In this document: positions 27,701-38,048 of the stretch, piece by piece
Numbering within the stretch: position 1 is the first letter of the stretch
Layout: every line of letters starts with the position of its first letter
IMG/VR virus record: IMGVR_UViG_3300032233_001802
Location: 1-60,839 of that record
DNA length: 60,839 nt
Origin: a virus
Lineage: Duplodnaviria > Caudoviricetes
Reading direction: 5' to 3' (one strand)
The notes under the pieces: generated by a model
Told to the model about the DNA's origin: nothing
Database searches by the model: none
What the model saw: only the letters and a program-made list of their open reading frames with translations
Made by a program: the position numbers and the translations under genes

Positions 27701-28025
27701 TAATACAACAGGCGCGAATACAACTTACTTCGTAGGAAACGTCGTTGTGGGAAGTAAAATTACAATCAATAATGAAACTCGCCTTGTAACAACAGTAACA
27801 AATAGTACAAGTTTAGTTGTTAATTCCGCATTTGCTCAGAGCGCAACTAATAAATACCTCGTAGCGAATAGCGTATTGGTTAAGACGATTTCATCTGTTT
27901 CTGGAAATAACCTGATTATGAATTCGGCTTATTTTGCAACTAAAACTAACCTAGTCTATCAAGTTGTGCCAAATTATAGCAGCACAAATTACGATTATAA
28001 GATCGTGACGCTGACTGCGGATTGA
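24756..28025 (+). CDS. gp7: baseplate wedge initiator-like protein
   Basis: LPDFI...YYKWLE; FYSKKGSEES...LF; LQDGHIYHNFSYVI...HPSG; synteny. Confidence 0.85.
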   Translation: MAATEKTISGLISSELPDFINADHPQFKRFVELYYKWLEQNSPSGISNTAGNTVYQAMNIGDYRDIDQSPDEFITYFKQELLPYFPEKTALDLRKILKSAREFYSKKGSEESLKWLFKVLFNENIEINYPKDQILKTSDGKWKKPKAFRITVGETNKHVDVNLLEKKLVVGTESGATCVIESANRTLDTDTGKEIIEIYISNIKRYFNNGEYIQVNYTDADGVDRVFSEKIVGTISNIYIDSNIKTDPQQKKRGLLYNVGDPVVITGGLDTTAEAQPGVAIVGNVTTGSIEAVTTIFYGYGYNIFPNTEVVVLRSSGDDPNANANTDLRVLSINIASNPSNSQANFLEQITVDKSVIDYLGDTVIGNANLSAFTTSNYNAVLNVTEIDKSDKYNNYEQVWANGTNYFDALFTAKIATPNNTIFGLNGPSNNTGSLLLYDIANTGPLTTILAGVTGRIKTKNTAKSFGFNSVTTYPVPANANSMIAQCLKFATLNTGGIQLISVYDGGAGFRSSPQLLTKSQYNTILSENYSYGTNNRTDTIQTFKDLGLIAHVYINNGGTGYANGDTITFSGRGYGGNANVVVGAGGTIKSINIIDRGEGYLTRPSYTINTSGGTGAALTPYLFGDGFEYAVQTSAIGRIKDIKLVYRGYDYVATPNVSLKVVDTVINPIAEVDKFFEEEYVYQGASLSTSTFRANVGSYDRTTNLLRLYNYSGTLDTTVDLISANGLYCNVNTSVNVAAPTQYPGYAIASGLPNPMFYGDGRAKAYATFANGLIEFNGFYLNSDGFVSADKVLQDGHIYHNFSYVIQSNKDLADYKSSLKNIAHPSGLIPISKRIISTEFNTGTIDIPYVHLIKPPNPASNVQIANSYSNVVTGNGTAFLVASHKVNVGDLFIISDSGNSLRSISKIISNVDSNTQLKVYGDFLYVGQGKAATNSGNNWLAISGSTNALSDFIQNGDQIRMNLVSVTVTGTVNVSGTVVTGNTTGANTTYFVGNVVVGSKITINNETRLVTTVTNSTSLVVNSAFAQSATNKYLVANSVLVKTISSVSGNNLIMNSAYFATKTNLVYQVVPNYSSTNYDYKIVTLTAD

Positions 28026-28032
28026 GGAATAA

Positions 28033-30042
28033 ATGGACAAGAAATCTTTACTTACTGAAACATTCAGCAATTTATTGGCCACAGACGTTAAGAGTCTGTT
28101 GTCTTCATCTTCAAATACCTTTCTGGCAATTGGTCGTTCTACTAATTTTGGTTCCGACGAAATTAACGTCGAAAATGCCATCTATACGACAGTCTACAGA
28201 AACCAACTTTATAAGAACTTCGTAGCACTTAAAAAGATCAGCCCATCGGATATCCAGAAAGTCATTCCTAGAGTCGACTGGACTTCTGGAAATCTTTATG
28301 ACGCATATGATGATATGATCGAGATCTATAACTATGAAGATTTCAAGAATCTGGGAACTGCAAATGCTAACGCGAATACTACCCTCACTGGTACTGTTAA
28401 TATCGCAGCGGGTAATACCGTCGTTGGTACAGGGACTTCATTTACCAGCTATATCTTTGCTGGTGACCAGATCTCAGTTAACTCTGCAGTAAAGACCGTT
28501 CTTTATGTTGCAAATAACAATTATCTGGTTGTTAATAGCAACTTTGCAAATACTAACACTGGCGGTTCGATAACGCTAGTCGGAAACAGCACTATTATTG
28601 TAGCAAATACCGCACACTTTGTCGGTAATGTTCAAGCAGGAAATGTGATCGTTATTGGCGAAGAAGCGAAAGAAATCGTAGCACTAAGAAGCAACAAAGT
28701 AATCGCAGTAAATACGGCTCTAACATATTCAAATTCAAACGTAACAATCAGTAGAGAAGATAACACCTTCGCTCTCTTCGCCAATACCTTTTATGTTCGT
28801 AATACTCGCGATCAGGTCTTTAAGTGCCTGTACAATAACGGTCAGGCGAATTCCACGATCGAGCCAACAATCGATATCGACGGTCAGCTTCCAGAAAATG
28901 CGTTCATCCTTACTTCCGACGGATATAAGTGGAAGTATATGTACACGATCCCACCTGGATTGAAGCAGAAATTCTTTACACAGAATTGGATGCCAGTCGC
29001 TAATGATGCAGCCGTTACCGCTGCCGCTGTGGATGGTCGCATTGACATCATTAACGTCCTTTGGGGTGGTTCTGGATATCTTACTGGCGGAAACAGCAAC
29101 TCTGCTCCTATTCTTTCTATCACGAATACAGACGGTGCAGGCGCAAATCTTGTGGCCAAAGTAACAAATGGCGTTATAACTGCTGTCTCGATTCTAAGTG
29201 GCGGAAATAATTATACCTCTGGAACAATTACTACGAATGATCCAACCCAGCTTGGTAATACGACATTGACAGGAACAATCAATGTTGCTGGAACAGTTAT
29301 TGCAGGTAATCTATCAAATACGACATATTTTGTCGGAAACGTATTTGTTAATGACATTCTAACAATTAACGGCGAAAGTCGCAATGTAGTTTCTGTAATT
29401 AATAATACTAGCCTGACCATTAACACCGCATTCAATTATGCGGTGACTGATGGAATCGGGCTAATTCAACGCTCACCAGCACAGTTCGATATTTCATACG
29501 CTCCGCAGGGTGGCCACGGTTCTAGCCCAGAGAAGGAACTCGGAGCAAGAGATCTTATGATTTCCGTAGAATTATCCTCAGACGAGAATTCTACTCTCCC
29601 TGTTTCAGACGTTATTAACAACTATCACTTTAATCAGATTTCAGTAGTCTCCGAGCCTCTAATTGCGAATAGTGCTTGGAATGCGAATAATGATAATTAT
29701 CGCGTATCAACCCGACTAACGGTATCTGACACTGGAATTACCAATTTTATCGACGATGAGACTGTGTATATCGGATCAACGCTATCCTCTGCTACGATGG
29801 TCGCTAATGTGGTGCACTGGGATACGGACAATAATTATTTGTATATAAATAATATAACTGGTCCAATTAGTGGATCTCCGATTTTAAGGAGCGTCGATTC
29901 TGGTGTCGTAACTCCAATTTTGGAAATAAGTCCATCGGAAATTAAGTTGTATAGTGGCGATGTTCTTTATATTGAAAACAGAAAAAATGTCGTTCGCGAC
30001 AAAGACCAAATCGAACAAATTAAAATCGTTCTTACATTCTAG
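28033..30042 (+). CDS. gp8: baseplate wedge subunit with inserted beta modules
   Basis: VIPRVDWTSG, VFKCLYN, DGYKWKYMY, GGHG and SGDVLYIENR...EQIKIVLTF motifs. Confidence 0.92.
   Translation: MDKKSLLTETFSNLLATDVKSLLSSSSNTFLAIGRSTNFGSDEINVENAIYTTVYRNQLYKNFVALKKISPSDIQKVIPRVDWTSGNLYDAYDDMIEIYNYEDFKNLGTANANANTTLTGTVNIAAGNTVVGTGTSFTSYIFAGDQISVNSAVKTVLYVANNNYLVVNSNFANTNTGGSITLVGNSTIIVANTAHFVGNVQAGNVIVIGEEAKEIVALRSNKVIAVNTALTYSNSNVTISREDNTFALFANTFYVRNTRDQVFKCLYNNGQANSTIEPTIDIDGQLPENAFILTSDGYKWKYMYTIPPGLKQKFFTQNWMPVANDAAVTAAAVDGRIDIINVLWGGSGYLTGGNSNSAPILSITNTDGAGANLVAKVTNGVITAVSILSGGNNYTSGTITTNDPTQLGNTTLTGTINVAGTVIAGNLSNTTYFVGNVFVNDILTINGESRNVVSVINNTSLTINTAFNYAVTDGIGLIQRSPAQFDISYAPQGGHGSSPEKELGARDLMISVELSSDENSTLPVSDVINNYHFNQISVVSEPLIANSAWNANNDNYRVSTRLTVSDTGITNFIDDETVYIGSTLSSATMVANVVHWDTDNNYLYINNITGPISGSPILRSVDSGVVTPILEISPSEIKLYSGDVLYIENRKNVVRDKDQIEQIKIVLTF
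29844..29851 (+). promoter_or_regulatory. T4-type late promoter within the gp8 3' end
   Basis: Exact TATAAATA about 200 nt upstream of ORF 30053. Confidence 0.55.
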
Positions 30043-30052
30043 GTAGAAACTC

Positions 30053-33000
30053 ATGGCTGAATTTAATGTTGATCCGTATTATGATGATTTTAAACAAAAT
30101 GCTCTAGATAATAACTATCTTCGCATTCTGTTTAAGCCAGGATACGCTGTCCAGGCTCGCGAATTGACTCAAATTCAATCGATTCTTCAGAATCAGATCA
30201 GACAGTTTGGTGATCATATCTTCCAGAATGGCTCGCCAGTTATCGGCGGCAATATGTCTCTTGACAATAAAGTCAAGTATCTAAAACTCGAAACTACCTA
30301 TAACAACACAGACGTTAATGTTGATGATTTTGTCGGAAAGGTCATTCGTAGCACAGACGGAACAACTCAGGCAAAAGTTCTGACGACTTATTATCCAACT
30401 GGCGCGACTCCAACTCTTATCGTAAAATACATTACAGGCAATGAGTTCGGCGACGGTTCTGTCATTACAATTGCTACAACCACTACTCAGGCTCAGCTAA
30501 TCGGCTCTGGATCTTCTGGTCTTGCAACTATTTGCTCGATCAATGAAGGCGTATTCTATGTCGACGGATTCTTCATTAAAGTCCTCGATCAAACAACACC
30601 AGTTAACCCATACGGCACTTCAGCCAATGTAAAGGTCGGTCTACAAATCTCAGAAGAAATCGTAGACAGCATCGTCGATACGACACTACTTGATCCAGCG
30701 CAAGGATCGTTCAATTATCAGGCTCCAGGTGCAGATCGTTACCAGTTTAATCTAGTTCTATCAACTCGTCCACTTGATACAGTAGTTGATGAATCAAGAT
30801 TCTTTGAACTAATGCGTATTGAAAATGGTCAGATTACCAAACAGGTCAAGTATCCAGTCTACGCTGAACTAGAAAAGAGTTTGGCTCGTCGTACATACGA
30901 CCAATCTGGCGACTATACTGTTCAGCCATTCCGTGCAACAGTTATCGACGGCACTGACGCTAATAATTACACAATTGCGATTGAGCCAGGTAAGGCTTAT
31001 GTCAAGGGTTTTGAATTTGAAACTCTTGGTACACTAAAGATTGATGTACCCAAACCGCGTTCAGCCTCAGATGTTAAGTCCTATGTCGATATCGACATTG
31101 ATACATCATACGGCAATTATCTTTATGTGACTGCTCTTCGCGGAACAAGCAACGGATTTATCAATATTTCTGCTCTTGAAACTGTCGATATCCACACAGT
31201 CGATTCTTCCAAGGTGCCTGTTGGTCTTGGAACTACCGCAAATGTTCAGATCTATGCAAATACCAAGATCGGTACTGCAAGAGTTAAGACTTTCTCTCGT
31301 GATTCTGCTGATCAGTTCAGTGCAAATACTGACTCGAGCGGCGTCTATAAGATCTATCTAACTGACATTAATATTCAACCAAAAGTTGTAAAAGTCGCGG
31401 CAGTTTCTTCTAACGCGAATAGTATTCGCCTTCCAGATAAGTTCTCATCTACTGATAATGCATATCAGAATGTGCAGGTAACTATTCTACCAGTTCGCCT
31501 AGATGCAATTGCTAATGTTAATATGGCAAATGTATTCGCCTATTCATATACGCTGAATGCAAATAGTGCTGTTGCCAGCGTATTCGGTAGTGCTAATATC
31601 GCGGTTGGCGATATTATTCGTGTTGGTGATATGGTGCGTCAAGTAACAAGTGTTAATGTTGCTGCTAATACTCTAACAGTCAATTCGGCTTGGACGCAAA
31701 CTATTATTGGAACGAACAGCTCAACTAATCCTCTTGGCGTTTATAAGCAAACTTCTTATAGCCAAAACGTTGCAAATCAAATTCGCACTATCCAACGTTA
31801 TGATGGCGCAACAAAGACAGCATTCTTAGATTCGGATTTTGATAATAGTGGTGTTGTCGATGCAAATTCTGTAGTTCAACTAAACTATGGTATTGCCGAC
31901 GCAGACTCAATTATTGCTGGTGTTGCTGTAGCAGCAAATAATCTAGTTACTCCAAACGCTAATGCGTCAATGAACATTTCTTCAGTTGGAAGATTAATTG
32001 ATGGATCAACGTATCTAACTGATCCACAAAATCATAAATTAATCTTCAAACTTCCTGGAAGTTATGTTCAGCGCGGTGCAAATACGAGAAATGTAGATTA
32101 CATCTACAATAAATTTATTCCAAATCGTTCAAATACAACAACTGTGGGTCAATTCCAGCTCACAACCAGTTCTGGTCTTGAGACATTCGAATCGATTCCA
32201 TTTGCTGATACAACCAGTGCAATCAGAGATAATCTGATCGTTATTGTTAGAAATAATGGCGGCAATACTATATTTGCTAATGGTGATGTTATTCAGTTAA
32301 CTTCTGCTAATGTTACAATTAGTGGAACTGGTGACTCAATTACCATTGATACTGGTATTGCTAACATCTTAACTGTTGATATTCTTATCAATGTTAAGGA
32401 AAATAACGTTGAGAACAAGATTCGTAAAAAGAATCTTATGTCAAATACCACGCCTACTCTTTCGCCGTTTACATACCCAACATCAAACGGTGCTGCAAAT
32501 ACTCAAGTATCTCTACCAAACTTGGGACATGTTGCTTCTATCGATGTTGCTAACGGTTTTATTTGGCTAACAAATCCAACTTATAATTCTGTTAGACAGG
32601 GTGATGTAATTTCATTATTTACTCCAGATGTGGTTAAAGTTCGTAAGATTATTGCTGGTAACTCTAGCAGTTTCCCAGATGCAAATAATGCTAGAGATGT
32701 GACTCAAAATTTTGCATTTAATGCTAATGCAAACGATGATATGTACGATCACTCGAGTTTACAACTAATTTCTGGTGCAGATAGCATTAATGCGAAGTTA
32801 CTTGTTCACGTTGATTTTTACCAGCATGTATATACTTCTGGTGCAAATGTGAGTTATTTCTCTTCAGAATCATATGATGTAACGATTTATAACTCTGGGC
32901 AAATTCCAATCTATAAATCTTCGCAATCTGGTGAAACTTATTTCTTAAGAGACTGCTTGGACTTCCGTCCAACTCGCCAAATCGGTGATGTTTCTTATGC

Positions 33001-34624
33001 ATTCCAGGTTCCAAATATTCCTAGCCCAGATAGCACAACTGAACTATCATTCAATCACTATTTGCCAAGAATTGATAAACTTGTATTGAGTAAGGATAAG
33101 GAATTCCGTGTCATTCAGGGTAAATCTGCTTCTCGCCCAATTCCTCCGAATGATATTGATGACGCACTAACTCTATATCAGATTAATCTTCCAGCTTATG
33201 TGGCAGATATTCGCGAAGTTAGAACGAAGTATTTCGAAAATCGTCGCTTCACGATGAAAGATATCGCAGGAATTAATCAGCAAGTTAAACAGATTGCATT
33301 CCAAGTTTCATTGAATAATGCTGAAAATCTTGCAATGGCTGATCCAACGCAATATCAAGACGGAACAGATAAGGCGAAGTATGGTATTGTTGGTGAAAAC
33401 TTCACCAACTTTAATATTGCCGATTATAGAAGCGGAGACTTTAATGTTGCCCTTGATAATGGAATGATGGTTCCAGTAGCAAATTATCTTGTCAATGGTT
33501 TGAAAGAAGTTGCTTCTTCATCAACCGTTGAAAATATGAAGACGGTGTCGCTAAACTATACAGAAACTCCAGCCATCACTCAAGGTGTTACGGCTGATAA
33601 GTCAGTTTCTGTACAGCCGTTCTTGTTTGGTGCGTTTAATGGTACTGTTGAATTGTACCCAGATACAGATTATTGGGTATCCCAACAGTTGAAGCCAGAG
33701 GTTATTTCTCCTCCTCAGACAATTGTCACTTCACAAGTGGTTATTACTGAGATAATTAAAGAACGTGATCCACCAGTAACTCAGCCTCCACCAAGTTCCA
33801 ACGCTGCCACGGTTATTATTACAAATCCAGGCGATAATCCTCCAGCAAATGCTAATAGCACTGTTGTGGTCAGCCCACCTGTAATAACTCCTCCAATTAT
33901 TGTAGATCCGCCGCAACCACCACCAGTGGATCCACCACCACCTCCACAGACCGATCAGTGTCTAGAATGGAGCTGGATGCCAATTCCATTTGACATGACA
34001 TTGCCTCCAGACTTTGGACCATATTATTATGGATCATATTTTGGTGTATTACCAGTGGCTACATGTACAGATTATGGTACGATTGCTCCGACACCATGGT
34101 TCCCACCTCCACCAGAATTTATCCCACCTCCACCAGTCGAGCCAGTACCAGTTGCTGTCACAGGAGTAGTTTACGCTGGCGGTGGCGGCGGTGCTGGTTG
34201 CCCAGATCCATCCATGCTTCTATTGCTTGCAGATGGATCCTGGATTGCTGCTGGCGATCTCCAGATTGGAATGATGCTCCGCACTCAACACGAGCACACG
34301 TTTGAGTGGGGTGACTTCAATGTTATCGGCAAGTCAATTATGATTCAGCCTAAACGTGAAGTTGTATTTGCTGCTGAGCCAGAAAATAAGAAGGTTATCG
34401 TATCTGAATCGCATAGATTCTGGGTCGATAATAAAACAGCTTGGATTAATACCAAGGATCTAGAAATTGGCGACGTAATCAATGGATTGATTGTAAAAGA
34501 AATCAATGACGTCGGCGAAGGTCCAGTTGTCAGAATCACTGTCGACGAAGCACATACATATATTATGGAAGGATTCCTTTCACATAATATGAAGTTAGAA
34601 CAATACGATTTCGACTACGTTTAA
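30053..34624 (+). CDS. VrlC-like (DUF4815) virion structural protein, N-terminal part, with Pro-rich linker and C-terminal Hint domain
   Basis: PYYDDF...ILFKPGYAVQARELTQIQSILQNQI, APGADR, LARRTYDQSGDY, DFRP and YLPRIDK motifs; Hint at 34199-34588. Confidence 0.9.
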   Translation: MAEFNVDPYYDDFKQNALDNNYLRILFKPGYAVQARELTQIQSILQNQIRQFGDHIFQNGSPVIGGNMSLDNKVKYLKLETTYNNTDVNVDDFVGKVIRSTDGTTQAKVLTTYYPTGATPTLIVKYITGNEFGDGSVITIATTTTQAQLIGSGSSGLATICSINEGVFYVDGFFIKVLDQTTPVNPYGTSANVKVGLQISEEIVDSIVDTTLLDPAQGSFNYQAPGADRYQFNLVLSTRPLDTVVDESRFFELMRIENGQITKQVKYPVYAELEKSLARRTYDQSGDYTVQPFRATVIDGTDANNYTIAIEPGKAYVKGFEFETLGTLKIDVPKPRSASDVKSYVDIDIDTSYGNYLYVTALRGTSNGFINISALETVDIHTVDSSKVPVGLGTTANVQIYANTKIGTARVKTFSRDSADQFSANTDSSGVYKIYLTDINIQPKVVKVAAVSSNANSIRLPDKFSSTDNAYQNVQVTILPVRLDAIANVNMANVFAYSYTLNANSAVASVFGSANIAVGDIIRVGDMVRQVTSVNVAANTLTVNSAWTQTIIGTNSSTNPLGVYKQTSYSQNVANQIRTIQRYDGATKTAFLDSDFDNSGVVDANSVVQLNYGIADADSIIAGVAVAANNLVTPNANASMNISSVGRLIDGSTYLTDPQNHKLIFKLPGSYVQRGANTRNVDYIYNKFIPNRSNTTTVGQFQLTTSSGLETFESIPFADTTSAIRDNLIVIVRNNGGNTIFANGDVIQLTSANVTISGTGDSITIDTGIANILTVDILINVKENNVENKIRKKNLMSNTTPTLSPFTYPTSNGAANTQVSLPNLGHVASIDVANGFIWLTNPTYNSVRQGDVISLFTPDVVKVRKIIAGNSSSFPDANNARDVTQNFAFNANANDDMYDHSSLQLISGADSINAKLLVHVDFYQHVYTSGANVSYFSSESYDVTIYNSGQIPIYKSSQSGETYFLRDCLDFRPTRQIGDVSYAFQVPNIPSPDSTTELSFNHYLPRIDKLVLSKDKEFRVIQGKSASRPIPPNDIDDALTLYQINLPAYVADIREVRTKYFENRRFTMKDIAGINQQVKQIAFQVSLNNAENLAMADPTQYQDGTDKAKYGIVGENFTNFNIADYRSGDFNVALDNGMMVPVANYLVNGLKEVASSSTVENMKTVSLNYTETPAITQGVTADKSVSVQPFLFGAFNGTVELYPDTDYWVSQQLKPEVISPPQTIVTSQVVITEIIKERDPPVTQPPPSSNAATVIITNPGDNPPANANSTVVVSPPVITPPIIVDPPQPPPVDPPPPPQTDQCLEWSWMPIPFDMTLPPDFGPYYYGSYFGVLPVATCTDYGTIAPTPWFPPPPEFIPPPPVEPVPVAVTGVVYAGGGGGAGCPDPSMLLLLADGSWIAAGDLQIGMMLRTQHEHTFEWGDFNVIGKSIMIQPKREVVFAAEPENKKVIVSESHRFWVDNKTAWINTKDLEIGDVINGLIVKEINDVGEGPVVRITVDEAHTYIMEGFLSHNMKLEQYDFDYV
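34199..34588 (+). other. Hint (BIL/intein-like) autoprocessing domain
   Basis: Starts CPDPSMLLLLADG...DLQIG; block B SESHRF; ends VVRITVDEAHTYIMEGFLSHN. Confidence 0.85.
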
Positions 34625-34641
34625 GGTCAAGAGAAAAGAAT

Positions 34642-37600
34642 ATGCCAATACCAACAGAATACGGCTCAGTAACTGTCGACACAAGTTTAGTCCCTTATAT
34701 CAGAGAAAGAGATGTCGACTTTGTTGCAAGAAACCTAAAGCCATATAAACTTGCAACTTTGTTTTTCGACGAAGTTGCTGTAAATGGTTATTGCCAAGTT
34801 GGAAGCAAGGTTAAAGTCGACGCAAAAAAAGTCATTGTAATCAGTTCAAATAATACTGGTACGATTACCGCCAATGATATTGTTTATCAGGGAACGTCAA
34901 ATACTTCTAATACTTTCGGTGCTGTTGTTGATGCCTGGTACACTGCAAACTCAACAATTGTTCTCAAAACACTTACTGGTGATTTTGATGATGTTGCACA
35001 ACTTTATATTGAAGGCGTCTCTGGTGCTAATACTGGCATCACTTATGCTAATTGTAATGTTGGTAGTGTAACAACTTTTCAAACCTCAGACATATTTGAT
35101 ATTAACGAGGGCGTCATTGATCCAGGTGCAGGTAATGCTTTTGCCAGAGTTATTGCAACTTCTGGCGAAAATATCATGTATATTGATCATAACTACATCA
35201 ATATTAACGTAGAGGCTGTCGGTATCAACGTAATCAGTTCAATGAGTTCTGATTATAAGGTTGGTGATATTGTTTATCAGACAAGAGACGGCACTCCTGG
35301 ATTCGACGATACTAAGATTGTCTTCAAAGGATATGTTGAGTATTATAATGCAATCGGAACTCCGACAATCGCAATTGCACCAATTAATGGTAGCGTTGTG
35401 GCTAACTCAACAAGTGCAGGATCAAACGCGAATGTCCGTTTTTGGAATGCCTCAAATACCTCTGCAAAACCACTAGCCGCAAGTTCCTTCAACAAGTATC
35501 ACTTCTCTTCATACGCTGGACATAATGTTCAAAGCGCAACGGATAGCACGAAGTCGATTAAAGTTACTTCATATCGCCACTTCTCTGGCGTGTTTGCTAA
35601 CACTAATGTACCAAATAATCAGTCTGTTATTCTTAACACAACCAGTGGAACTGAGGCTGGTGTTAACGGTAATCTGATTTATTTCACGACTGGAACTGGT
35701 ATCGGTACAATTAGACGAGTTGTCGCTATTAATGGTGACATTGCTGTTCTGAACAGTTCAATTAATTTTGCGGTGACTTCAAACACGCATTATAGCGTTG
35801 GCAACTTTATTGTTGATGATCATGGCACTATTGCTGGTATTTTCCATATTCCATCTACTCAAACTGTTAAGTTTAAGACTGGCGAAAGAATCTTTACTAT
35901 AACAGATACAAATACCTATGATGATCCAAATTATGGAATGAGAGCAACTCATCGCTACTCTGCTTCTGGTGTATTGAATACCAAGCAACGTATTCAGATG
36001 ACTCCGATCATCACTCCACTACCTGAAACAGAGGCTGATTCGTTAGTATCGCCAATTAATCCCGCAGACAGAACATTTAATACAGACACATATAAGTCAC
36101 CTGTAACTGGATCATCTGCATCGAATATTCCAAGAATTCCTCTCGGCGATGGATTGTCTCAAACATTCTTTACTCCAAAGAAGGCATCAAATAACCAAGA
36201 TTATGGTATGTTCGTTTCGTCGATCGATCTATTCTTTAAGACGAAGCCAAGCGTTGCTGCTGGTAACATGCAGCTGCCAGTTACAGTAAGACTTGCCGAA
36301 GTTGTTAATGGATATCCTACTAAGAATTATCTTGCTTCTAAGACTCTTCAAGCCAAAGATGTCAAGATTTCAAATTTACCAAGCGCAAGCAATACTAGCA
36401 CTCTAACTAAATTTACATTTAATGATCCAGTTTATCTACAACCAAACCACGAATATGCGATTGTAATTGGTTCTGATTCACCAGACTATTCAGTGTATAC
36501 TGCTGTTCTGGGTGAAACTGTACTGGGTTCAGATCCACCTCGTCGTATTTCTGAACAGCCATACGCTGGTTCATTCTTCCGTTCACAGAATAGTTCGACT
36601 TGGACACCATATCAGAACGAAGATCTGATGTTTGTTATTAATAAGGCTGTATTCGTTTCTTCTGGAACTGCAACCTTTAATCTAGAAAAGGCTCCAATTG
36701 GCGTCGGATTTATCGATAAAGTATTACTTGTTTCTTCTGATCTATCATTCCCTGCTGCCAATCTTTCTTATGATATCAGCGGAATTTATGCTAACACACA
36801 CAGTTATGATAACCCAAATTCCATTGTTCCATACAAGCCACTCGAGTATGGATCGCTATTCGATAAGTCTAATAAGAACTCGACCAGTTCTTTAAACAGA
36901 AGATCTCTGCGTGCTGGTAATGCGAATAGTTTTATCGTTACAGTAAATATGAATACTGCAGACCCAGATATTTCGCCAATTTTGAATACAGAAAGATTTG
37001 CTCTACAGGCATTCTCATATGATATCAATAATGCAAATCTGGCTAATAGTTTCATCTCGTTGACTTATACTGGTTCTGGATACAATGCAACAGTAACCAG
37101 TGGTAATTCAATATTTGGTTCTTCGAATAGCACAGTCAATAACTATGCTCAATTGTTCAGAGAGAAATTCTTGGCCAACAACTGGAATGTCGGTTTCTAC
37201 AATATCACTATCACCAATAATCCAAACGATAATGGTTCTAGTGCTCAAGGGTTTGCAGTAGCAAATACTGACGGCTCGAACACAGTAAACTATATCATCC
37301 TCACAAATCCTGGTAGCGGTTATCTCGAAACACCGACAATCTCGATCACAACTGGTAATGCGACTTCAAATATTCAAGCAACTGCATTGGTTGCTGGTGA
37401 GACTGATAAGTCTGGTGGTAATATTGTATCCAAATATATTAGCCGCGAAATTATCCTTGAAGATGGATTTGACTCGAGCGATATCTCAGTGTTCATGGAC
37501 GCAATCCGCGTAACTGGAACTGATATTCAAGTTTACTATAAGGTCGTTTCGAGTGAAGATCCAGATCTTCTATCAGAAAAGAGCTGGAGAAGAATGCAAA

Positions 37601-37821
37601 AGGTCAAGGATATTTTCTCCAAGGACTACAATACAAAGATTACTCTACAGTTCAAGCCAGATTTAAATGTGAACCAAATTTCGTACACTGAGAACGGTGT
37701 TAACTACCCAATCGGTGGAACATTTAAGTCGTTCGCAATTAAGGTCTGCTTGCTAACTACTGACGGTGCTATTGTTCCTAAACTAGATAATCTAAGAATC
37801 AGTGCTCTACCTGCAGGTTAA
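34642..37821 (+). CDS. VrlC-like virion structural protein, C-terminal part
   Basis: VPYIRERDV, FKTGERIF, LSQTF, SIDLFF, GSFFRSQNSSTWTP...DLMF and FKSFAIK motifs. Confidence 0.88.
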   Translation: MPIPTEYGSVTVDTSLVPYIRERDVDFVARNLKPYKLATLFFDEVAVNGYCQVGSKVKVDAKKVIVISSNNTGTITANDIVYQGTSNTSNTFGAVVDAWYTANSTIVLKTLTGDFDDVAQLYIEGVSGANTGITYANCNVGSVTTFQTSDIFDINEGVIDPGAGNAFARVIATSGENIMYIDHNYININVEAVGINVISSMSSDYKVGDIVYQTRDGTPGFDDTKIVFKGYVEYYNAIGTPTIAIAPINGSVVANSTSAGSNANVRFWNASNTSAKPLAASSFNKYHFSSYAGHNVQSATDSTKSIKVTSYRHFSGVFANTNVPNNQSVILNTTSGTEAGVNGNLIYFTTGTGIGTIRRVVAINGDIAVLNSSINFAVTSNTHYSVGNFIVDDHGTIAGIFHIPSTQTVKFKTGERIFTITDTNTYDDPNYGMRATHRYSASGVLNTKQRIQMTPIITPLPETEADSLVSPINPADRTFNTDTYKSPVTGSSASNIPRIPLGDGLSQTFFTPKKASNNQDYGMFVSSIDLFFKTKPSVAAGNMQLPVTVRLAEVVNGYPTKNYLASKTLQAKDVKISNLPSASNTSTLTKFTFNDPVYLQPNHEYAIVIGSDSPDYSVYTAVLGETVLGSDPPRRISEQPYAGSFFRSQNSSTWTPYQNEDLMFVINKAVFVSSGTATFNLEKAPIGVGFIDKVLLVSSDLSFPAANLSYDISGIYANTHSYDNPNSIVPYKPLEYGSLFDKSNKNSTSSLNRRSLRAGNANSFIVTVNMNTADPDISPILNTERFALQAFSYDINNANLANSFISLTYTGSGYNATVTSGNSIFGSSNSTVNNYAQLFREKFLANNWNVGFYNITITNNPNDNGSSAQGFAVANTDGSNTVNYIILTNPGSGYLETPTISITTGNATSNIQATALVAGETDKSGGNIVSKYISREIILEDGFDSSDISVFMDAIRVTGTDIQVYYKVVSSEDPDLLSEKSWRRMQKVKDIFSKDYNTKITLQFKPDLNVNQISYTENGVNYPIGGTFKSFAIKVCLLTTDGAIVPKLDNLRISALPAG

Positions 37822-37823
37822 TT

Positions 37824-38045
37824 ATGCGCGCACGAGTCAAAGAAAACATGCATTATGTGAAGGACATGAATAACTTTGCTATTTTAAATACAAATAAAGC
37901 TGCAATTAAAGAGCATGAAAAAAAGATAGCAGAGTTACAAAGAATTAAGTCCACGGAAAACGAAATAAATACTTTAAAATCAGAAGTCTCGGAAATCAAA
38001 TCAATGCTTTCCCAGATTCTTAAGGCTGTAGGCGGCGAGAAATAA
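37824..38045 (+). CDS. small coiled-coil protein conserved in T4-like phages
   Basis: AILNTN...EINTLKSEVSEIKSML. Confidence 0.8.
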   Translation: MRARVKENMHYVKDMNNFAILNTNKAAIKEHEKKIAELQRIKSTENEINTLKSEVSEIKSMLSQILKAVGGEK

Positions 38046-38048
38046 AAC

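Noticed and set aside
34199-34588. Canonical splicing intein
   Set aside because: The residue after HN is Met and only 11 residues follow, with no endonuclease domain. It fits a BIL/Hint cleavage domain better.
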